Shown: piece by piece, positions 25,096 to 35,600 of the stretch
Numbering within the stretch: position 1 is the stretch's first letter
How the letters are laid out: the number at the start of each line of letters is the position of its first letter
Source: Strigamia acuminata
Taxonomy: Eukaryota
DNA length: 64,000 bases
Assembly (NCBI GenBank): GCA_949358305.1
Contig: OX442314.1
Location: 28,210,001-28,274,000 of the forward strand
Reading direction: 5' to 3'
Notes under the pieces: model-generated
What the model was told of the DNA's origin: nothing
The model's input: only the letters and a program-made list of their open reading frames with translations
Databases searched by the model: none
Program-made: the position numbers and the translations under genes

Positions 25096-25235
25096 CCCTC
25101 AAGATCGGACGTTTTCAAAATTCTGCCTACGCAATTCCATCGACACCAGGCGCCCAAATAGACCGGACATTTGTGCCTGGGCCCATCCTACGTTCGTCTT
25201 GAGGGGTTTCACTACATTTCCACACGAGCGTGTAA
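25096..25235 (-). promoter_or_regulatory. Conserved stem-loop element just 3' of FAM228-like paralogue 3
   Basis: Homologous to 23773-23897; closing stem CCCTCAAGA.CGGACGT/ACGTTCGTCTTGAGGG. Confidence 0.5.
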
Positions 25236-25880
25236 TCACACAACGACACCCTGCGACATCCTGCAGTAACACGGACGATTTCTAAACCTTTTCCTCAACA
25301 TCGCTGCTCTTTCCGCACCTCTAGGCGGCCAATCAGTGTCCAGCAAACGTTTCTCCTCATCGCGGTCCTTCCACTTCATCTCAAAAGGCCCGCGCAGAGC
25401 CGACACGACCACCCGTGTACCACGTAGTTCGTATGGGTCGTACCCATCTTGTGGTTTCGAGTCCAGAAAGGTCACATGGTTCGGGTTTCTCGTGTAATCG
25501 AGATACTTTTGGTGATTTTCCCGCTTGGTTCGACTGATACTGGCCGGGCTTTTGGTGTTCATGTGCTTTTTGAGTGATTCTTGCATAGGTCCGGCTACGT
25601 GGTAAACCCAAGATGTCAACATAGATTTTTTGTGGGCTTGAACAATGCGTCTGTTCTCGGAAACTATGGAGGCCATTTCCGCACGCAGTTTTGCCTCTCT
25701 CGCGTACCATTCGGAACTCCTGGCGCGAAGTTTGACGTGTTTAGCGGCTCTTTTTTCGTTACGTGCTTTTTCACGGGCTGTTTCGACCTCGCAGTTGATG
25801 CTTCTAGTTCGAGGTTTAAATATATCGTTCCAGGATTCGGTCGGTTTAGGGTCGGCATCCAACGGTGGAAATAACGACAT
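25236..25880 (-). CDS. FAM228-like protein, intronless paralogue 3
   Basis: SWVYHVAGPMQESL...HQKYLDYTRNP...YDPY...WKDRDEEKR aligns with paralogues 1 and 2. Confidence 0.7.
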   Translation of the reverse strand: MSLFPPLDADPKPTESWNDIFKPRTRSINCEVETAREKARNEKRAAKHVKLRARSSEWYAREAKLRAEMASIVSENRRIVQAHKKSMLTSWVYHVAGPMQESLKKHMNTKSPASISRTKRENHQKYLDYTRNPNHVTFLDSKPQDGYDPYELRGTRVVVSALRGPFEMKWKDRDEEKRLLDTDWPPRGAERAAMLRKRFRNRPCYCRMSQGVVV

Positions 25881-26582
25881 TGTTGTTGTTATTGTGTCCT
25901 ATTGCTTGCTGTTACCGAGGTAATGGTAGATGGTAAATAAAGTTTGTTTGTTTTGGGTAATAATGTGTAGTTATATGCAGCACGGGCCTTGTTGTTTCGA
26001 GCAATGTCGCAGATGTGGATGAATAGTCGATCGAATCTGGAGCTTCCATCAGTGATGGTAATAATACTTAAAATACTTCAAAAAAATACTTCAAAATTTA
26101 TTTTTTATTTATTTTAGAGCAACTACAGGTGTCCACTGTCCAGTGTGTGCAGATGAAGTGACAATTTAATGTTAGAAATTATTTAAATGTGAGGAAATTG
26201 TGTACAAATTGCTTTTTAAAATCTCATTTGCATAAATGTGATTGTTCTACGCTCGTTTATGCAAAATTAAAACCAATTATCAACCCAATAAAGACCAATA
26301 CACTTGTATTACTAAACATTAACCAAGTAAACTAAACTAAAACATAAAATTCAGCCAAAAAATGTACTTACAAACGGCCCATTGATAATCAGTTGTGATG
26401 AAGGTCAAATTTTCCGACTCGCAGGTAGCGCCAAACAATAATTTCATTCTAAATTCACAAATAAAACCCACAATCGCAAATTATTTAGACGTAAATAAAT
26501 AAACAAAGCACAAAACCACACCTAGATCTGACATTCCCACTCGAAAAAACAAAAATTAAACAAAAATTAATTAACTCCTTCC

Positions 26583-27101
26583 CTAATGGCACACCCATCT
26601 TCCAACTAATTTTCCAAGCATCCCAAACCAAAACCACAAAATCTTTCCATTAAAACATCGAAAAAGCTCATTTGAAAGCGCCACTGCAGTCGGGCGTCTG
26701 AGTATAAGTTGGTTCGAGTAAAACGGAGGGTGCAAATACCCGGCTGAGAGAGCGAGGGGGTTTGGCTGGCCTCCACAGGGTCCTGTATACGTGCTGTGGT
26801 GCGGAAAACGAGTGTAGAGTACAATGTGAGCACAATGAGCCCCATCAAAGACATCTCTGTTCATTGGCCACATCATTAACCTCTTTGAACACATTTTTTG
26901 CGCCTTCTTGTGGGTGTCATTGAATACTTGCGCCGCGTATTGCCCTCGTGTAGGCGTAGCTTTCTGCTTTCTCGTGTTTACACGTTGGTTGATCGGACTG
27001 GGAAAGTCCGGCCATCCGGAATGAAGCAGATTGGTTCTTCCACAAAAGAGAGAATGTAAAAAAGTCTGTTGTGAGAGATACTGATCACCCTGTCGCTGCA
27101 T
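26583..27101 (-). CDS. Unassigned 172-aa ORF in a locally GC-richer island
   Basis: Open frame and base composition only; no recognisable motif. Confidence 0.2.
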   Translation of the reverse strand: MQRQGDQYLSQQTFLHSLFCGRTNLLHSGWPDFPSPINQRVNTRKQKATPTRGQYAAQVFNDTHKKAQKMCSKRLMMWPMNRDVFDGAHCAHIVLYTRFPHHSTYTGPCGGQPNPLALSAGYLHPPFYSNQLILRRPTAVALSNELFRCFNGKILWFWFGMLGKLVGRWVCH

Positions 27102-27319
27102 AGCGTCTGTTATTTCTTAGCTGCCCAATGTATCAATTTGGAGCCATTCGAGCTCCGCCATGCGGAAAAATGTAAAATATTAGGGTCACTGAAGAATGAC
27201 ACACTGTAATACACTTCGGTTTTGTTAAATGGAAACGTGCACTCAATAAACGCAGTTTTTTTTCCGTGTTTTATATGAAAAGTTTTGTGGATTTAATTGA
27301 TTGATGAATAAAAACTCTA

Positions 27320-27780
27320 AAAGATGCATCTTGAGTGCTTAAAATATCAAAAAACTGCATTTTTAGTGCTTAAAATGTTAAAAAAAAGGCATTTTTTGTG
27401 CTTAAAATCTTACAAAATTGCATTTTTAGTGCTTAAAATCTTAAAAAATGTATTTTTAATGCTTAAAATCTTACAAAAGTGCATTTTTAGTGCTTAAAAT
27501 CTCAGAAAATTACATTTTTAGTGCTTGAAATCTTAAAAAATGCATTTTTAATGCCTAAAATCTTACAAAATTTGCCTTTTTACTGCTTAAAATCTTTAAA
27601 AAAAATTGCATTTTTAATGCTTGAAATCTTAAAAAATTCATTTTTAGTGCTTAGAATTTTTAAAAAATTCAATTTTACTGCTTAAAATCTTAAAAAATTG
27701 CATTTTTACTGCTTAAAATCATAAAAAAAAGCATTTTTAGTCCATTAAAGTCTCAAAAATTGCAATTTTAATGCTTATTT
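27320..27780. repeat. ~30-bp repeat (TGCATTTTTAGTGCTTAAAATCTTAAAAAAT)
   Basis: About 15 degenerate tandem units upstream of Wnt2. Confidence 0.9.
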
Positions 27781-28340
27781 TTTTTTTAAATAAAATCATA
27801 AAAGTGATTAATTTATAAAATTTACTATAAACAACTAATAAAAAAAACTTGTTTGGTAATTATTAGAACATAAAATTGCAAATAATTCATCAACAAACTC
27901 AAATTATTTCCGTTTTTACGTGATTACCGGTTCAAATTCTAGTGTTGTGCACTGTCGCCTCACTAAAAATCAGTTGTCACATCACATTACCCTCAAGTGA
28001 CCCACCTGGCTACTTACTAGTACCCTTGAATGTTACAAATTCACTCATTCATTCACTACAAGTTTGGCACAGTTCAGACAGATGTGTTAAAAATCAAGCT
28101 CTTTCTAAAAACCAAATTCTTCTTTTCCTTTTCCTTTATTCATCCTTTAATTAATGAAAAGAATCACAACATTTTTTAAATCTAATTTCTTCAAAGAATT
28201 TTAGCTTGTTCTGCCATAGGCTAATTAATGCGGTGTCATCAAAGAGTTGAGACGCAAATGTATGCACCCAATCAGCATCAAGCATGCTTTTAAGGGTGGG
28301 AGGTGTAGGCAAGAGGGGGATCCATCTCATACTATTCCCA

Positions 28341-30686
28341 ATGTTGCTGGATGCCATGCTTAGACTTGTGATGTATATCTCACTCGTGGTCGTCTTTGGA
28401 TGCTATGAAATCGAAAGTACTTGGTGGTAAGTTTGAATAGCAACTTTTATCTTTGCATTGGGCGATGGGACAAGTTTTGCAAATTGAATAAAATCAAATT
28501 ATGCTAATTTTTATTTTATTTTATTTTATTTTTTTTAAAATTTTTTATTTTATTTAAATTAATGAATTCGGAGGCCGGTAAAAATGGTTTATTGTCATTA
28601 GCGGGTTTTTAATTGATGTTATTAGTGATTCAAAGCGATTTTTTGTAATTATTTAATCGGAAATTTGCAATTTTCGTGCCAATTTCACGCGAGTTTTATG
28701 AATATGAAAATGAGAGCAATGGCGCTACAACAACGCACCGATGAGGAATGACGAATTGATGATGAAAGAAAAATTTCAAAGTTGTGATGCTGATTTTTGA
28801 TGATATTAATTTCCAAGTAAATCACTGAAAGCAATTTTCATTTATATCCATCAAAGTTAAACCGACAAATGCGTGAAACTTGAGTTTACATGCGTTTTTT
28901 AATTTTTCTTTTCACAATTACGACTCTTCCCGTGCAGGTTTCTCAGTCGCTTGCAACTGTCTTCATCAGCCGTAGGTATCCGCATTGTGTGCGATAATAT
29001 ACCGGGATTAGTGCGACGACAGAGGATTTTGTGCCAGCGACATCCGAATGCGATGCTGAGTGTGAGCGAAGGCGCTCGAATAGGAATTAGCGAGTGCCAG
29101 TACCAGTTTCGCCATCACCGTTGGAACTGTTCCACTTTGGAGCGAGATGCGTCCGTGTTTGGCAAAGTTCTACTCAAAAGTTAGCTTCGGTTTGATGTGA
29201 TTTGTTTAATTTTGTATTTACTTATGTGTTTTGTTTGATTTATTCAGTAGGTAGTCGGGAGGCTGCGTTTGTTTATGCCATTTCTTCGGCGGGTGTTGTG
29301 TACGCCATAACAAAAGCGTGCGCTAAGGGTCAACTTTTTCATTGTGCTTGTGATGATAGTAAACAAGTAATTTTGTGTTTTTGAAAGTTTTTTGAGTGAT
29401 TTTTTTTAGATTTTTTTTTTGGAATTTATATTTTTTTTTTTACTTTAGGGGATGCATCGTGACTCGCACGGAACGTTTACGTGGGGAGGATGTTCTGATA
29501 ATATTCGATTTGGAAATGATTTTGCAAGGAAATTTGTTGATGCTAGGGAAAAACATCAACGGGATGCTCGAGCACTGATGAATTTGCACAATAATCGAGC
29601 AGGACGACAGGTATTTAGGACTAAAAGAGCAAAAGTTATTTTTATACATTTTAAATACACATTTTTAAACCTAAAAAGTTCATTTTTACGTGTAGAGAGT
29701 CCACTTGTGCACGTAAAAAGTGGATTTTCGGTCCGGAGAGTTTATTTTTGCACGTAAAAAGTACATTTTCGCTCCGTAGAATATATATTTGCACGTAAAA
29801 CGTACATTTTCGCTCCGTAGGGTATATTTTTGCACATGAATAGTACATTTTCGCTTCATAGAGTAAAAATTTGCTCCTGGGACGTTCACATACTCAAATA
29901 TAGTAATTTCTCTGCGAGAAGTCGGTGTGAAAATTGTCAATTTTCAATTGTTTACAAATAAGCTTTCCTGCACTTCACAAACAAGTGAGATTTACCTTCT
30001 TACTAAGTTGGATCTAACGCAAGTGTGGGAAATTTGCTATCCCAACAATTTTAATGAAAACGTATTAAATTGTTTAATTTTCCATTCGAATTATTAAAAC
30101 TTCTAATTTCGTAGGCCGTTGCAAAACATGTAAAATTAGAGTGCAAATGCCACGGTGTCAGCGGCTCGTGCACAGTGCGGACTTGTTGGCAAGCCATGAT
30201 GGATTTCCGACGAATAGGAAACTACCTAAAAAGAAAATACGACGGTGCATCGGAAGTGACCATGAACCAAGCGGGAACGCGACTCGTCGTGGCACAACGG
30301 CATCACAAGAGGGCGACGCGCTCAGATTTTGTTTACTTCGAAGCTTCACCCGATTACTGTTTCCCAGACAACGAAACAGGTGAAAAAATAAATAAAAAGA
30401 ATACCAACAATAGTTTTACATTTTAATTTTTAATTTTTTAGGGTCTTTAGGCACTGCGTCACGAATATGTAACAACACAGCTCAAGGTAGCGACGGTTGC
30501 GATATCTTATGCTGTGGTCGTGGATACGACACGATCCGGAATTTGAAATTGGCAAAATGTGATTGCAAATTTCAGTGGTGCTGCTACGTGAGGTGTAAAG
30601 AATGCCGCAAGTGGGTAGACGAGTTCACATGTAAAGAATACAACCAAGCGGATAGTTTTATGAGAAAAAGGCGATATGATGGATAA
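28341..30686 (+). CDS. Wnt2: Wnt2-subfamily ligand (6 exons)
   Basis: Exons 28341-28426, 28938-29179, 29248/29251-29366, 29449-29610, 30115-30379 and 30442-30686. Signal peptide ending [100 protein letters not shown]. These are Wnt2-type signatures. Confidence 0.93.
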
Positions 30687-32600
30687 ATGTGTACGGAGTT
30701 GAAGAAACATAGATTATTATTTATTATGTACCATGTTGGTATACAAAGAATACTATAATTATTCAAATAGATATACCGGTAGCTTATTTATCACTTTTTT
30801 GATACATTATACAATTATTATTATTATTATTATTAATTAGACTTATAAAATTGCAGTGTGTAGATTGGCTTATTTAATATTTATTTTTTAAAATGTAAAG
30901 TATTTAAATATAATCAGTTTTTTTATTTTTATTATTTTTATACATAATTTATTCAATTGTCATATTTATTTTCATCATCTTCAAAATAAATGTGAGTTCT
31001 TCACAGATGATTAATATTTATTTATTAAATGTTTAATGACAACTTCAAACCATTAATTTTTTTTAAAAAATTTCTTTATGTAATTTTCAAAAAAAATAGT
31101 TTATGGGATGAGCATTGTTTAAGATGCTCAAGTTTGAAAATAATAAACCTAACATCCAATCAAACGTTAAAAATTTATTTCAATTACAGTATAAAAATTA
31201 TGTATTCTTCAAAATGTAAAAATAAATTTATTCCACAAGGAGTTTAAGATTAGCATGAATTAATGTGCCCATAAACAACCATTCATTGTCAAAAAACTGC
31301 CTCAATTAATTTAAACAACGTTTTTGAAGTAATGAACAGGAAAGTAACATCAATAAAAACATGAAGAATTATACGAGTAAATATTTACGTGTTTAGAATT
31401 TTAAATGATTGGATAGGGATAGACATTAAAATTACTTAGATTAAAATTACTTAGATATTAAAAAGTTAAAACAACATTCTAGTTTTATAGAAGCAATGCA
31501 GTTAAGTGTAACACTTCAAAAAGTAAGGTGTTGTACTAGAACTGTAGTGATTTTTACCTACAGATTGTATCTATCAGTGCAAGTAGATAAATACTGGCGT
31601 TCTTTTTGCCAGCATTAAATATTTTCAGCGTTTTAATTAATTTTAATTTGATAAAACTCAATTTTAATTTGTCGGTTTTTATTAAATTACTATTTGCGTT
31701 CTTATTTATCAACTCCTAGACATATTTAACCATTCTTTTCAGGACTAGCAGGATTAGCATCCGAACTGTGGATTTAAATCCGGATCACCGCAAAATTAAC
31801 ATTGTATTTACACACTTCAATCTTTCTTAATTTCTTCTTAATTTCCTTAAGTGTGCCTAGAGCCTATGAATAAAATGTATTTTAGCTTATGAATTATGTG
31901 TGTCCCATAAGTGTCATTATTGTGTTAAGTAGAATAATTAAAAGAAAGTGATTACAATAGTAATATTTCACGGAGGTACTGACAATGTTCAGGTTTTAAA
32001 GAATAAATTTAACTAGAACTTAAATGTTAACAATTTTTAAAAACTTATTTTAATTAGTAAAAATAGTAAATTTTTCAAAATGAAAGAGTAAATAAATTCA
32101 ATAAGTAGTTTAAGACTAGCATAAATCTAATGTGACTCTAAACAAACATTCAGCACGTCTAAATTGATGAATTAAACAACGTTTTAGCGTCAATTAACAG
32201 AAGAAAAAAAATCTATCAAAAAATGAAGAAATATAGAAATATAAAAGTGAGTAATTATGTGTTTAAGATCGTTCAATAGGGAATTACAAGGAGCATTCAA
32301 ATTGGTTAGGCAAATACCTAAAGTTTTCTTTCATGAATAAAAAGGTAAGTTAAAGGACTGACACAACCCCCTTGCTTAAAGTTAATCAAAATAAATGGAC
32401 TAACTTAAGTAAAATACGACGTAAATTACGTCATGTGCGAAAATACATAGTCAAGCAGATTTTTCTAAACGCGCCTACTTAAATTTTAAATGATTAGACA
32501 GGCATTAAAATTCTAACGATTTCTCACACTGTGCAAATACAGTAATTGATTATTAATTGGAAAGCTGCATTTTAGGTAACTTCAGATTGAATGCTCTGAA

Positions 32601-35600
32601 TTAGTTTCTGGCTTTTTTAACTCGAGAAAATGATGGGAGGTTTGCATGAATGGTTATAAACTGATCAACTATCTTTTGCAATAGTTCTGGAATAGCAAGA
32701 ATTGAAAAGCCAAGCATTAGTGCAAAGGAATTTCCAATATCACAGCACAATGCAACTGTAGTGTAGGATAAAATTTGGGTAATCTCTTCAATTATGTTAT
32801 TCGTTGGAAATATACCGAGAATCTTGACTGGGAATGCGTCTGGATGTTGAAAGAAAACGTAAGTGTCAAATATTTGTTCTTCGCAAGGTGGATCACAACC
32901 ACAATCTTTCGTAACATCAACTTTTATAGAATTCTTCATAAATAGTTGTACCGAAGAAATTGCTTCTTCAGCATTTGCACAGGTGTTATTTGTTACATTG
33001 GGCAGAAATGGTAACCTAAAATTATAAACTTTCATTATGACCTATGTTGAATTATTACTGTTGAGTAATATCTCTAGAAATGATGTTACCCAGTGCAGTA
33101 ACTCTTTTCTGTCACCCCCTTCGATTTCCCCCGTAGACCTCTTTCAAGCAGTAACATGCTCACATTATATTTTATGAAAAATTACTACTCACTTGCATTG
33201 AACAAAATTATAAACCTTTTTTTCATAGCAATCATCTTGGCATCGTTTGTATTTGTCAGAGGCAAGGCAACGTTGAGCTCGCAAGTTTAATCGAACGGTC
33301 TAAATTAGAGCAAATGTTAGAAGAGGTTATGTGTATGTAATCATCCGATGTATTACTTTGAGCATTTTAAATGTAATAATGATGAAAGTGTCATCTAAAA
33401 CAGTTCTTCTACTTCTGAGAATTGCTGGTATTGGAGCTTTATTTTGTTGAAAGTATACCTAATTTGTAAAAAATTACGATTTACCACAATTTCTACTTTT
33501 CTACTTATACTGTACCTAAACTTGTAAGTTTACCATATCAATGACTTCACTAGAAAATTACATTACTTTACCTATTCCAAATACTCAGTGGTGAAAAATA
33601 TAACAGAAAACAGGCCGAACCAAGCAGCCACATATTCAGTTTTAGCAGTTACTTACTAGTATTTTCCACTAAACTGTGTGTTAATACAGTCCCTATAGGG
33701 TGGACCAAAACTCACAAACCGGTCTGAAATCTAAATAACTTTTTTTTAAATAATTTTTTAAAAATATTTCTTAAATTGGGAATTTTACTATCAAAAGCGA
33801 AGGACAATTTTGACCCAATGAGCAAATCAATTATTAGACATTTGATTGTTAGACGTTTGATTGTTGGATGTTGGGTTAGCAATATTGATCCTCGAATTTG
33901 TTAGTAAACTAACAATTTGCATTCTCTGTTTGGTCGTGAATTTTTCCACGATTAATCTTCAAAGTCTTCTTAACAAAATAGTTAAAGTTTGTGACTTTTG
34001 ACCCACCCTGTACTATTCTACTAAACTGAGTTACTTGATACTACTGTATTCAAATAAACTGAATAAAAACTACTACCACTACTACTACTTCACTTGACGT
34101 TATTTGAGTTTTGATGTCAACTCAAGTGATACTACTAAATCACTTGTCAAAAGTCAATCTTGATGTGCAATAATTGACGTTTAAACAAATTCTACATTAC
34201 GTCAAGCTCATGCTGATGACATATTTGACTTTTCGATTGTTGTATACCAAAAAATATTACTGAGGCAGCTCCTGCGTATTTCAATGGACCTGCAACAAGA
34301 TAATGCTCGTATAAATATTTTTTATATAATTTTTGTAAAATGTCTAGTTAAAGGTCATGGGAAGAGAAAAATAAAAATTGAGGAGAAGATTGTTTGTGTC
34401 ATTATTAGACCAAATCCATTGTTGAAACGTGTTCAATTGTTTCGAGAGTGTTATATCGTTCGTTTAAACGTTTGAAAATTCTCAAATGTCCTCCATTTTT
34501 AGTTTTCGAAAGTTTCCAAAAGTTGCCGTTGGTGGCGCTATTTATGACGTCATCGGCGACAAACAAGCAGCTTTTTAGCATGGGCTTGGCTTCATTTAAG
34601 AGCTACAAAATTTTTTTTCCAAATTTGACAACACTGTTAGGTTATTGGGATTTTAATATTCAGTAAATATTCCAATTTGCTATTTGTTGCAAGTGTATAG
34701 GTTCAAAAGAACTAATAATAAATTTTCGTAGCTCTTAAATGAAGCCAAGCCCATGCTAAAAAGCTGCTTGTTTGTCGCCGATGACGTCATAAATAGCGCC
34801 ACCAACGGCAACTTTTGGAAACTTTCGAAAACTAAAAATGGAGGACATTTGAGAATTTTCAAACGTTTAAACGAACGATATAACACTCTCGAAACAATTG
34901 AACACGTTTCAACAATGGATTTGGTCTAATAATGACACAAACAATCTTCTCCTCAATTTTTATTTTTCTCTTCCCATGACCTTTAAGTACCGATGTCAGA
35001 TTGATAGCATGTTCCAGTGGGCATAGGTATTTTACTCCACAATGCATTAGCTTTTACTCCAGCACCCTGCAAAGACATTTATGATTAACTTTCAGTTAAA
35101 TTGCCATAACATACATTTGCAAATTAAACAATTGCATATATTCTGTAGATAAAAAATTCAGGAGTTCTCATTGTTTGAATACAAGTACTCGACCACCAAA
35201 CTGACTGCCTGGCCCTTGCCCTACAATGGCCGATCCCCTGGTGACCCTCGTGCAACTTTGCCAAAATCTCTCTTCGCAGGCCAGTCGGAATAAAAATTTG
35301 ATTATTCTTCAGGATCAACCCCTTCTACATGGTCAGGTTAAGTTTGCCCAAATGGTTTGCCATTCCCATCATCGTCGCACGCCCGACACCAAAGTCGGCT
35401 TCCCCATTCCCACAATCGCCGCCACCTTCTCCTGGTCTGGCCGCACTCCGTGTTCGCTGATGTACACTCCCAGGAATCTAATGTCTCGCCTGCAAAACTC
35501 ACACTTCTCCCGGTTCAACTTAATCCTCGCCTCTCGCAATCTCCGCAAAACCACTCGCTTGTCGTGTTCCATTCTAGTCCGGATATGTACCAAGATGTCA

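Noticed and set aside
23773..25235. SECIS element / selenocysteine readthrough (paralogues 2 and 3 both end in TGA)
   Set aside because: No RUGA...GA quartet with a correctly spaced AA loop is shared by both copies, and the TGAs are not at aligned positions.
34284..35047. Mirror-image ORF pairs (MLYRSFKRL..., KGHGKRKIK...)
   Set aside because: They are the two TIRs of the TTAA element read on opposite strands.
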